From positions 248,001 to 312,000 of the forward strand of contig ML996702.1 of the NCBI GenBank assembly GCA_010356995.1: 64,000 bases of DNA. Reading direction: 5' to 3'. Below the pieces are notes generated by a model. The model was given only the letters and a program-made list of their open reading frames with translations, made no database searches and was not told the origin of the DNA. The position numbers were made by a program, and so were the translations under genes. Origin of the DNA: Trichodelitschia bisporula (lineage: Eukaryota). This document shows, piece after piece, positions 47,700-59,599 of the stretch (its first letter is position 1; each line of letters begins with the position of its first letter).

Positions 47700-48475
47700 C
47701 TACTCGGCTTCTCTGAGAACTTGCTCCAAGATGCGAGCATATTCGCCCACCTCCCGAGCACCCGTGGTGGCGAAGTCACGCTTCTTGCCTTCGATCACGA
47801 TATAAGGCACGCCATCAATTCCGGCGCCAGCCTGTTGGCGAATCAGCAATTTGACTTCCCGCTGTCCGATACTCTCATCTGCGACGAAAGCTTCAGCTTC
47901 ATCGGCCGGGATGCCCGCATCAGTAGCCGCTTTCAGCAATGTCGCGGGTGATGAGGGGTGTTGGGCGTTCTCAAAGTACTGAGTGTAAAGTGCTAGGACG
48001 TTAGAACCCAACTCTTGCATGCCAGATGGGCTTACATAAGATGATCTTATCAGCAATCTCAGGTCCCTTCTCCTTCTGGTAGTGCTGAATAAGGCGATGG
48101 GCATTGAGGGTATTTGCGGCGATCTGCCCCTCAAACTTGAAATTGATTCCACAGTCCCTCCCATACTCGGTCATGATCGTGCGCATCATTTTCATGCGCT
48201 CTGGGGACATGTCTGGTCGCTTCTTGCGGAAGTACTCATCCAAGGGTTCACCTCCTTGGGAGGCTTGCGGGTTGAGCTGGAACGGAAAGTACTTGATAGT
48301 GTATTGGACCGGAGCATCGGGATGAGCGGCGTAGAATTGCCGTAATGCTTCTTCGAGCCTCCGCTTCGCGAGATATGTCCTACTTTCTTTAGCCGAGGCT
48401 GGATGCGAGGCTGCAATTCTCATACCATGGACAGACAGTGTCCAGCGTGAATGCGATTTGCGATTGAAACGCCAT
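47700..48475 (-). CDS. DsbA/FrnE-like thioredoxin-fold protein, 3 exons
   Basis: Splices to MAFQSQIAFTLDTVCPW|TYLAKRRL (CPWT variant). Motifs PFQLNP, ANTLNAHRLI and GIDGVPYIVIEG. Confidence 0.88.
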
Positions 48476-48741
48476 CTTGACTCCCCAACATGTACCGCTC
48501 GCGGAACTGAGTGAAATAAGTCACTTTCCCTCACATCACACGGCTTCACCTCCGCCTTAAATGGCGTGTCCGCCTTAATGTCCGCCGGCTTATCAATCAA
48601 ACCCGACATTCACTCCCAGCCTCGAGCAAGGATCCATAGCTTGCGCCACACCCCCGCCAAACCGTGTGGCACAACCTCACCCCTCACCCCCCCCCCACCA
48701 TCACCAACCTCGCGCTCCCCCACATCGTCACGAAGCCCAAA

Positions 48742-51212
48742 ATGCCCACCCCAATCCCCCCCTCGATTACCACTTTCACAACCACGCAGCTCACCCTCCT
48801 CGCCGCCGAGCTCGCCGCCGAAACCGCCCAGTCAACTGCGCTCCTCGCAAGCACCGCGCCCAGCGCCCTCGCCCGCGCCGGCCTCGCACTCACGAACTTA
48901 ACCCTCGCCAGCCAGCGCACTGGCCTCGGCGGGCGGATTGTCCTTGAGCTCGAGCCTGATTCTGCGGTTGCGGGCGCGGAAGGAGAATTACCTGAGCATG
49001 GACTGAGGGTTGGGGATATTGTGGCCGTGCAGGCGCAGCCCGCGGGCGCGGCGCGGAAGAAGGAGAAGGCGGAGAGTAGGGAAAGGGGCGTTGAGGGCGT
49101 GGTGTGTCGTGTACAGGCGAAAAGTGTGCATGTTGCGCTTGAGGGGGACGAGGTTGAGGTTCCGGGGGGGAAGCTGTGGATGTGGGTTTTGAGGCCTGGG
49201 GCGTGCGTGGTGCTGATGCGTGTAGTGTCAAGGTGGCTAATGATGTCACGTATAAGAGGTGAGTGTGAGCTTGGTTATAAGGGCGATACGCATCTGACGG
49301 TCCAGAATGACGTACACGATGAAGGACATGAACCGCCTCTCCGAAGCAGCATACACGCCCGTCATGCGCGTCGCCTTTGGCCTATCTTCCACCTCGCCCG
49401 TCCCCAGCGACGTCCCGGTACCGACATGGCTCGATCCTACGCTCAATGCCTCGCAAAAGGAAGCTATAGCCTTCGCCCTCGCGTCGCGGGAAGTAGCCCT
49501 GATCCACGGCCCGCCCGGTACAGGCAAGACGCATACCCTCATCGAGTTGATTTTGCAGCTGGTGCAGCGCAATCAGCGCGTGCTCGTCTGCGGCCCGAGC
49601 AACATCTCGGTGGATAATATCGTTGAGCGCCTGGCGCGGCACAAGGTGCCGCTCGTGCGCCTCGGGCATCCTGCGCGCCTGCTGCCCGGCGTGGTCGCGC
49701 ACTCGCTTGAGGTGCTCACCCGGACGTCGGATGCGGCGGCTATAGTGGCTGATATACGGAAGGAGATGGATGCGAAGCAAGCCAGCTTGAAGAAGACGCG
49801 GAACGGGCGCGAGAGGAGGGCGGTGTATGGTGAGCTGCGCGAGCTAAGGAAGGAGTTTCGCGAGAGGGAGAAGAGGTGTGTACGGGAGATTGTGGCGGGG
49901 AGTAAGGTTGTGCTGGCGACGCTGCATGGGGCGGGCGGGTTCCATCTCAAGGGTGAGAAGTTCGATGTCGTTGTCATTGATGAGGCGAGCCAGGCGCTTG
50001 AGGCGCAGTGCTGGGTGCCTTTGATCGGGGCGGGGAAGGTGGTGCTTGCGGGTGATCACTTGCAGCTGCCGCCGACGATCAAGAGTCTCAATATGAAGGA
50101 GACGGAGCCTAAGGGGGCGAAAGGCAAGGAAGAAAAGGGCAAGAAGGAAAAGGGCATCACGCTGGAAACTACGCTCTTCGACCGACTCCTGGCGCTACAT
50201 GGTTCGTCGATCAAGCGCATGCTCACAACACAGTACCGCATGCATGAAAAGATCATGGCCTTTCCGTCTCAGGAGCTCTATGAAAGCAAGCTCGTCGCTG
50301 CCGATGCTGTGAAAGCTTGGCTGCTGAAGGATCTCCCATTCGTGGACGATACAGACGATACACGCGAGCCGCTCGTCTTCTGGGACACGCAGGGCGGCGA
50401 CTTCGCGGAAAAGGACGAGGACGATACCCAGGCGACGACTCTGCTCGGCGACAGCAAGAGCAACGAAGGCGAAGCGGCGCTCGCGCGATTGCACGTGGCG
50501 AGGCTGGTGGAGGCAGGTGTTTCGCCGGCGGATATCGCGGTGGTGACGCCGTACAATGCGCAACTGGCGGTGCTGGCGCGCTTGCTGAAGGAGGCATATC
50601 CGGGGATCGAATTAGGCAGTACGTTGTTCCCACTTGATACTTGCTGCTTGGGGCTTGAGTCGCCACTGTCCTCCCGTCCCCACGTGGGAACGCAATCGAC
50701 TTGGCAGAGATAGGCACGATGTGCTCCCGGGATGACCCTTGCGCTCGATGTTCCGGGCCGCGACAGAGCTAACGCACGGCAACAGGCGTGGATGGGTTCC
50801 AGGGCCGAGAGAAGGAAGCCGTGATTGTCAGCTTGGTGCGCAGCGGCGGCGAATCGGTGGGCTTTCTGGCGGAGAAGCGGCGGCTTAACGGTGAGGCTGT
50901 TTTTGACAATGTCGTTGGTTGATCTGAAGGGCTGACGTCGAGCGTGTCGGCAGTGTCCATGACTCGGCCGAAACGGCATCTATGCGTTATAGGTGACTCG
51001 GCGACGCTTGCGAAGTATGTTTCCTTTTAACTCTACTGCTCTGCCGTTGTTGTTAGCGTATTGGTGCTGGCTGAAGCCGGACAAAGCTCCGGTATGGGTT
51101 GTCGAGAGGCTGACGATCTCCTAGGGGAAGTGGGTTCTTGAAGCGCTGGATGGCGCATCTCGAGGAGCACGCGGATTTGAGATATCCGAGCCTGGATGAT
51201 ATCGGCGCGTAG
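48742..51212 (+). CDS. HCS1: SF1 DNA/RNA helicase of the IGHMBP2/SMUBP-2/Hcs1 family, 6 exons
   Basis: [80 protein letters not shown]. Terminal exon [21 protein letters not shown] with TAG at 51210-51212. Confidence 0.93.
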
Positions 51213-54200
51213 AAGGGGCTTACGCGGTGACGCGGTCATGGACGGGCGTGCCATATGCCGATAGCGGTCGCACGATAGATGTCAAGGCAAGCCGAGGCAG
51301 CGGCACGAGTACAATGATAGAGGCAAGGCTGAAGTGAAGCCTCGATTGGCGGGCTATCTTCGTGGGTAGGGCGCGTGTCGGCGTTCACGCCAACACGGCA
51401 CGAATCCTTCCCGGCGGCAAGTTCCAGGCTTCTTCCCGGCTTGCGCTGCTCAGGGTGCGGGACATCTATTCGGAGGGTCTGCAAAGATAGATGGTGGGGA
51501 GGTTCATGAGGGCACGGTACAGCGTGGATGCATATGCACGTAGCCTGAATTACCAATGGCCGGGCGACGGCCTGTTTTTAGAGTTGGCCTGGGGGGGGGT
51601 GAATGTTGGAATTGAAGGGGGTGGAGTATGTTTGCTAGGAATGCGCGATGCGGCCTGGGTTTTGGCCGGCGATGCCATGCCATGCGCCTGTGGTGCATGA
51701 TGCGCGTGCATGCATGCAGCGAGCCGGGGTGCACCTTCTTTGCGGCATTGGGCCGCGAGAGGTGTAGGAGGGGTTTTTTGATGTAGCCTCAATGGGATGG
51801 ATGGGATTGAACGGAGATGTCAAAGATGCGATGCGATGCGAACTTTCACGAGCCTTTCACGGCGAGACGGTCGGTTCGTCGCTTTCGGAGAAAAAGACGG
51901 GGTTATTGATTCAATATCGATAACCTGCGCCCGTAGCGGTGTGGCGTTTGGGGATGCGCGCTATCGGACATGGTGGGCTAGGGGGGGGGGGGATCGATGA
52001 TGCGATGGAGGGTTTTGGATGCTGTGCGCTTGAGCAGATACCTCCGTAATCATGGTGAATGTGAGGGCACTGTTGCTGGATTCTTGCGGCCGAAGGTTAT
52101 CGCTTGCCGCTGTTGCTGTTGCTGCCGTCGTGATGCCACTACCATCGCCATCCCGACCGGCATCGTGGACTAACTATCGGTTAAACTTGTCTGGCGCTAT
52201 GAGGACGGCGTTAAGACGGCACGACAGACGGCAAAGAAGGGGATGAAGAAGTCCAACGGTCATGCTAAAGCAAAGCCTCTCACTCGACTTTTCCTCGTCT
52301 ATTATCGGCGCGATGAGTAAGGCAAGCGAAGAGACGAGACGACGAAGTAACCTTCTGGTGATGGCGTTACTTGGCTGCAGTTCTCTCTCGTGGCGTTGTG
52401 AAGGGGCGTCTCTTTTTGGTATTTTTTTTTGGAATTATCTGCGCGCTTGTTCTCTGACGATGTCGATGCTAAAGTGCTAGCCTATATCTGGTGGTTCCTG
52501 GATTGATCGATGATCGTTTCGGCCGTTAATCGTTCATTGCGCTACCACCTCAGCCATTCAAATCCTTTAATTGAGTAATCAACCCCACAACCAACGCCAA
52601 AGGGCCTAAAGTTAACTCTGAGAGCTGGCAACTGCTCGCCAGCTCGCCGTGAGAAAAAAGCCATCCCCAACACAGACATCCCGAGCCCCCCCCCCTCGCT
52701 TCACCACCCCTCGCTTCTGATCCCCACCTCACAAACCATCGCCCACCACTTAGAACTACTGTAGCAATAGCCTTCGCGCCACTTCGCCAATCAGTCCAGC
52801 CCGCCGGCCGGGTGCGTTTGCGCAAGGGGCGGGGGGCCAGCATGCAGGCCGCGCAGCTTGCGTGCACCCGACATGGCTTTGAAACGGGCAGCGCGCGCGG
52901 GGCGGGGCGAGGGCCGGCTGCCGCGCCGCGGCCGTGGTTTTTTTTTTCCTGCCTGCTCAACGCCGCGCGGGTCTTCATGCGGTTTTGAGATAACCAATTG
53001 CCGGGGTGGGAAGGGGATTTGCGGTCTTTATTGCGAGGGAGGAAGCTTTGAGGCGGATGACAAAAAGAGGTGTGTGGATTGGGATGGGGGAGGGGTTTGG
53101 TGACCCCACGACTGCTCCCCGGTTCTGCGCCTGAGAGAATGGTGTGGTGGATGGATGATGGTTTTCGTTGCGTGCTGCTGGCGCAGGCATGACATCCCCT
53201 CTCTTGAACGTTTCAAGCGGGGGAGGGAGTAGGCCTGGCTATGGTTGATCGTGATTGATCCTTGGCGCTAAGCTTGATACGCTTTTGGCGGGTCATAACG
53301 CAGTATCAATTACGATAAGTGATGTAGTTGATTGATCGTTATTGATTTGTGGCGTATTCGTGGCGCACCAGCCGTATAATATATATATAACAAAGAGATG
53401 ATTGGTTCCTGGCGAAGCGCTAGTCCTAATGAAAGCATATTGTGGTTTTATTACAGCTTTGTTACTTAACGTTAAGACTCCATATAAAATGAGTAATTGA
53501 CGGTTCTCATCTAAGATGTTTTTGGTGCGGAGCCATAAAAGACAAAGGACGTAAAAAACCCAGGCCTAGGAGGGAGAGGGGTGGGTTGAGCATATGACGA
53601 AAAAGGACAAGACGCCAAAGGCTCGCCGAGGAAGCCATTCGGGCGGGCGTGCGGGAACTGCGGAGGTGGAGGCTCTTTGGTGGGGAATGGTGGAGGGTAG
53701 TCAGCGGGTTGGGGGATAAGTTGGCGCGGCAAGCCGCAAATAATTCAATGGTGGAGTGGATCTTCTCCTGCGTGAAGGAGGAGCGAGAGAAGAGGGTGTA
53801 CCAGCAAGCCCCGCAGGCCTGAGAATCCCGCCGACTAGGGGTTTGTGGAGAGCTATTCACGGCTGCTGCCGCTACTTACCGAGTGCGACATCTCTTCAGT
53901 CTTCTTTTCTCTCTTTCTGTTTGCTGCTTCTGCTACGTTCTGCTACTGCTACTGTTGGTGTTGTTGTTGCTGCCGCCTACTCCTAAAGCTTAAGGATCAC
54001 GAAAGGGCTTTGAAGCCTTGCTGAAGCCTCGCCGAAGCCTTTGAATCTATCACCATATCCTCCTCTCCTCCTCTCAGCCGGGTAGTAAACCCCCCCTCTC
54101 ACCAAACAGTCTCGCCATCCACCTATCCTGCCTCATTCGCACCCGTACGTCCCATTCCCAAACCCCATCCCCCAATCCCTAATCTCGCGCAGACTGCAAT

Positions 54201-54313
54201 CCCGCACCACGCACCCTTTGTCCCCCACCCACGCCATGCGTAACCCCTCCAAATTGCCCGCGCCGCCCTCGTAACACACACCCCCGCCCACCCGCAGCGC
54301 GCCTCATATTACC

Positions 54314-56439
54314 ATGCTTCCCGATATCGCACCCCCATCCCCGGACGACCTCCTCCACCACCCGCTCGCCTCATCTCCCATCTCCTACACTACGGCGCAA
54401 GACATCCCCCTCGCGCGCCGCTCCCTCACCGCCGCCGCCCTCCGCCGCGGCGATATCAGTATCAGCGAGCCCATCCCCTGGCTCGAGGGCATCCCGCAGA
54501 CACCACCCGTCGCCACCTCCCTACACCGCGCGCACACATCGGCCTCTCCGCTCTCGCCCCGCGACCCCGACCCCGAACACCACGCCCACACCCCACTGGC
54601 AAGCCACTTCACCGAAGACTTCGAAGCCAAAGAGCACGACTTCGGCCCCCTCGACGCCAGGCCGCCCGACACCGTTTTCTCCTTCAGTCCCGGCCAGCAT
54701 GCGCCCGGCTCGCCGGACCCACCATTTGCGGAGGACATGTTCGCAGACAGGCGCGCCAGCTCCGGCGGGCAGCGGCGCGGCAGCGAGGAAAGGCGCAAGG
54801 CGCGCCGCAGCGGGACGATTAGGGGTGTGTTTCGGAAGGTGTTTGGGCGGAAGGATAAGGGTCCCGAAGCCGGAGCTGGGCCTGAGCCGCATCGCGGCGG
54901 GCCGAAGCATGAGTATCATCGGAGTGTGGGTAATGCCTTCCTTGCGCGAGATGGGCGCTGATGAGACAGGACCCTGGGATTCTGACGCCGACACCGGCGC
55001 CCAATGCGCAGCGCGCGCATACGGCGAGTCCGCTCGCGCCCGACTTCGCCTCTAGCCCCACACCCGTTCTCCCATTCCCTATGAACGTCAATGCGCCGGA
55101 TCCGAGCTCGCCAACGCCGCCCCCGGCGGCGAGCGCGTATTTGTCGTTTGAGACGGCGCCGCAGGTTCATCGCCGCCGGGCTACGCTGCCGAGTCTTATC
55201 ATGACGCCTGCGGAGTCGGCGCATCTAGAGCGTCTGTGGGCGGACCCGGCGAGCTACGACCCGTTTGCGGCGCCGTTGCCGAGCCCGATGATTGGGGTTG
55301 CGCTGACGAGTAATGTCTCGAAGCGGAGGAGCCGGAGTGCGGGGGCGCTGGGTGATCTGGCGAGATTGCATGCTAGGCATCCGCCGGTGCCGTTTCCGTT
55401 TCACAGGGATGAGGATTTGGTTAGGCCGAGGACGGCGGGCGGGGACCGCGAGGAGTGGCGACGGCCGGGCACGGCGGGTGGGACTGGCGACGGGGATTGG
55501 TCGAGGCCGAACATGGCTGGCGCGGCTGGCGGAGATGATTGGCAAAGGCCCGACACGGCAGGCGCGGGCCGCACAGACACTCGGCTTAGCTCCGAGTGCC
55601 GAACTACCGAAGCAGCGACGAGTATCGCGGCACCCGTGACGGCGGCGGGTCGGGGCTTCGATTTCCGCGATTTCAGCGGTGGGAGCAGTGCCCCGGGAGG
55701 CGGGGAGGACGTCGCGGCGGTCGAGCAGCGGCTCAGTCAGTTGGAGGTTAATATGCTGTGGCTGTCGCGCAGTCTGCAGCGGTTGAGCGGGGAGGCGCCT
55801 GCTGGGGGCGCCGGGTTTCATTTTGGAGGCGGTGGGGGGTTGGAGTTTCTTGGGAGGCAGGAGGAGGGGGCTGTGAGGGGACGCCCGGGTGGGGGGTTGC
55901 ATTTTGCGAATAAGAGTATGACGGCGCTCGAGGTGCCCAGGTTGAGGGCGAGGGTGGCGTTGAGTCCGCCGCCGGCGCCGCGTGGGGTGGTGCCTGAGCG
56001 GGGAGATGTGCGCGCGCCGCCGAGTCCGTCTAGCACCGCGAGCTCCGGGCGCGGGTTTGCGTTCCCGGCCCGCGTGGGCCGGGTTCCGGCGGGGCGGGGG
56101 GAGATTGTCGAGCCTATGGTGGAGCAGCTTGCGCCGCTGTATAGTGCGCTGCGGTATGAGCGGACGGTGCGGAAGACGCTGGAAACGCGGGTGGGGGAGT
56201 TGCAGCGCGATGTTAGGGAGTTAAGTGCGTGTGTGGCGAGGATGAGGAGTGTGGAGGGGTTTGAGGCGCCGGCGGGGGTGGGGAGGGGGAGGGGGAGTTT
56301 GGATGCGAAGGAGAGAAGTCGATTTAGTGGGTTTGATGAGTCGGATGTTGATGGTGAGGGGGAGGAGGGGTGGACGACGCCTAGGCTTGAGGAGGGGCCA
56401 CAGAGGTGGGTTGCGCCAGTTGAAGGGGGGATGTTTTAG
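54314..56439 (+). CDS. Hypothetical fungal protein with C-terminal coiled coil, 2 exons (intron 54926-54969)
   Basis: Two long ORFs joined by a GTGGGT...CTGAT...CAG intron, giving EYHRS|DPG. Motifs RRATLPSL, RRSRSAGAL and LRYERTVRKTLE. Confidence 0.75.
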
Positions 56440-57047
56440 GGGTGGATGGGTGTGATGACTGATGTCTAGCCATGGCTTGAAGATACCCGGTTGGCCTTTT
56501 GTATTTGTAGTGAGAGTGAGAACTGTATGGCGTTGTAATGCGATTTAGCCTTGTCTTTTCAGAGAGTCGAAGGGGGGAGCTGGTGACCAGACTGAGGGAG
56601 TTGAGGTCGATGTACATATGCTAGGTGGAAGCTCAATGAAGACTATTCATCATGTTTAGCAGAGTCTGCCTCCGTTGATACGGTATGTGATCAATATCAG
56701 TAGTCACCAGGCTGAGGAGGGTATCGGATGTTTAGCCTGAGTTAGTGCCTGAGGCCGCAATTCACGATGAATGGTGCGTTAAAACACCAGGCTGTCTATT
56801 CCGGATGCTCCGAATGACGTTAATATGAAATCGTCCGCCGTAGTCTGGTGTACATCGCGAGCGTGGTCCCCCACGCAGTTTCGAGTCGTCGCTTGCACAT
56901 CGCCAAATCCAGGTGGTTGACCAAGTGGTCACCCACTCTTTTCCCCACCATCCTGATCTTGGCGCGCACAAGGGCCGGCACACACAAAAGCTCTCCTCGT
57001 CTCAAAATCCAACGATCGCGAAAACAACAACTTCGACAACCGCCACC

Positions 57048-58271
57048 ATGCCCTTCGTAAGTACACCACCCCCTCCATCTCCTTGAGAAGCCCTGTCAGA
57101 ATGGAATCTTCGTTGTGCGCGTTGTCGCCGTCGTTACTTTCATCTGGCAGTGAGCCAAAGTCGCTGCACTATGCTTCGATTTCGATGGGTTGAAGCGTGC
57201 TGACTGTTTCTCTCTCTGCTTCAAGACCAAGACCTTGAAGTCCAAGGGTAAGTTGTTCTCCTTTGCGGTACGCGTGTCTTTGCTAATGTGCAATAGCCTA
57301 CTACAGCCGGTACCAGGTCAAGTACAAGCGCCGCCGCCAGGGCAAGACCGACTACTATGCCCGCAAGCGTACGTTTTACTCCTCGAGTCACCGAAGAGGA
57401 CATCACCACTGACACAATCGCAGGTCTTGTGACCCAGGCGAAGAACAAGTACAACGCGCCCAAGTACCGCCTTGTCGTTCGGTAACCACTCCCTCTTGTT
57501 ATTCTCATAAACTCTACTAACCTGAGACCCAGCTTCACCAACAAGGACATCATCTGCCAGATCGTCACGTCCGAGATCAGCGGTGACAAGGTCTTCGTGT
57601 CGGCTTACGCTCACGAGCTGAAGCGCTATGGTATCAAGTACGGTCTCACCAACTGGGCTGCGGCCTACGCCACCGGCCTCCTGATCGCTCGTCGTGCCCT
57701 CAAGAAGCTCGAGCTTGACGAGGAGTTCCCCGGTGTCGAGGAGGTTACTGGCGAGCACACTCTGACGGAGGCGTCGGAGAACGAGCGTCGCCCGTTCAAG
57801 TGCTTCCTGGATGTTGGTCTGGCGCGCACGTCGACCGGTGCCCGCGTCTTCGGTGCCATGAAGGGTGCCTCTGACGGTGGTCTCTTCATCCCGCACTCGG
57901 AGAACCGCTTCCCCGGTTTCGACATGGAGGCCAAGGAGCTCGACACTGACACTCTCCGCAAGTACATCTTCGCCGGTCACGTCGCTGAGTACATGGAGAC
58001 GCTTGCCGATGACGACGAGGAGCGCTACCAGACTCTGTTCGCCGGTTACATTGGCGAGGACATTGACTCTGAGGGTCTCGAGGAGGTGTGGGAGAAGTGC
58101 CACGAGGCTATCCGTGAGGACCCCTTCAAGGCTGACCCCGATGCGGGTGAGAAGAAGGACAAGGACTACTGGAAGGCCGAGTCGAAGAAGTACCGCACTG
58201 GCAAGCTCACCAAGGAGGAGCGCGACCAGCGCGTGCAGGAGAAGATTGAGTCTCACAAGGCCGACTTGTAG
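57048..58271 (+). CDS. RPL5: 60S ribosomal protein L5 (uL18), 5 exons
   Basis: Splices to MPF|TKTLKSK|AYYSRYQVKYKRRRQGKTDYYARK|RLVTQAKNKYNAPKYRLVVR|FTNKDI. Motifs GLTNWAAAYATGLL and DVGLARTSTGARVFGAMKGASDGG. Strong codon bias. Confidence 0.97.
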
Positions 58272-59599
58272 ACTCTTTCTTCCTCCTTTGCAGTGCGCTG
58301 TGTGGCTGATGTGTGTGCTTGGGAATGGGACTGTATCGGAGTTTCTATAGGTAGCCACGTAGCTATGGGGTCACGGTAACGGTCTATTCCCGATGAAGGA
58401 AAATTATGAGTGTGTTTGTGTGTGTCGCAGTTCCACGGTAGCGAAAAAAAAGTGCGGCTCAGGGCATTTATCGAGCAGATGTCGGTGATGGAAGGTGGCT
58501 GTGATCGATGATTGCTGATGCCTACCAAGCAGCCGACCCACGTACTCCACGCAGCATTAGGCTTGGATAAGCCTGGATCCAGCTGTGCAGCAGCGCGGGG
58601 GCCACTGTCAGTAGTCGGGTAAAAAAAGCGCACATAGCCTCGCACTGTCCGCCCATCCAGCTTGCTGCTTGCCGCTCAAGTAAGCCGGAAATCTCCATAT
58701 CTGGGCACTGCTGGATTGCTCGGTGACGGTAAGGTCGGTATCGGAATTCCGAGCTGACCGTTCCACATCTTCGCCATGGACATTATGGCTGTCAATCTCG
58801 CATATAGTGTTTTTCGTCGCATCTCCTTTAGATTAATGGCCAAGGAGGTGGAGGTCTTATGCACAGAGGAGACTACCGTAGAGAATTCAGAGAAGAGCCC
58901 CATGGACCTCCAAAAGAGATGAGGGTGGAGCAGATGGAGATAGCGCACTGGCAACTATTATGCACCAGCTGACCTAGCATGATTCGATGGAATGGAGGCT
59001 CGAGGCCAATGGAGTGGCAAGCTGGGGAGAACTACCCGTAGAACTACGTTGGCGACTGCAGCCGGTCGCTCACTGCAGTCGGGTTAGTTATTCACTGCAG
59101 CTGGTTATTAACTGCAGTGTGTACAGATGCACCAGGAACCAACTAGTTCTAGGTGGAGTAGGAGAGAGTAGCGGGGGGCGGATAGAGACGAGGGAGATGA
59201 AGGGGACGAGGGTTGAAGTTGGAGGCATAATAACCTTAACGAACCCCCCAAGAGAGGGGAAAAAGCGGGCAGGACGAGGCGGACGACATCATCGCCAGCC
59301 CCCGCCACACCCACAATCGCCCGACCATATCCTGCGCCCTTTACCTTATTTCTCTCTTTCTTTCCTTTCCTGTCCTCATAAATCCATATCTGTGTTGCTT
59401 TGCTTAACATTATCATTCATCCTCCCGCGAACTTCGCTTCTACGAAATGTTCACAATGGCCTAGTTCTAGTCCACTCCCCCACACACCACTACCCGTAAA
59501 CGAACCAACGGTGGATTTTGCCCCACAAACCCCTGCTCCACCGTTTCGCGATCCCCGCATTTCCGGTCTGAAGCCACAACACTCGCAACATCAACCACC

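Noticed and set aside
50646..50656. 11-nt complementarity between the NFS1 intron RNA (AAGCCCCAAGC) and the HCS1 intron (GCTTGGGGCTT)
   Set aside because: Matches of this length are expected by chance within 64 kb.
57318..58358. 346-aa minus-strand ORF
   Set aside because: Antisense shadow of RPL5, expected from its strong codon bias.
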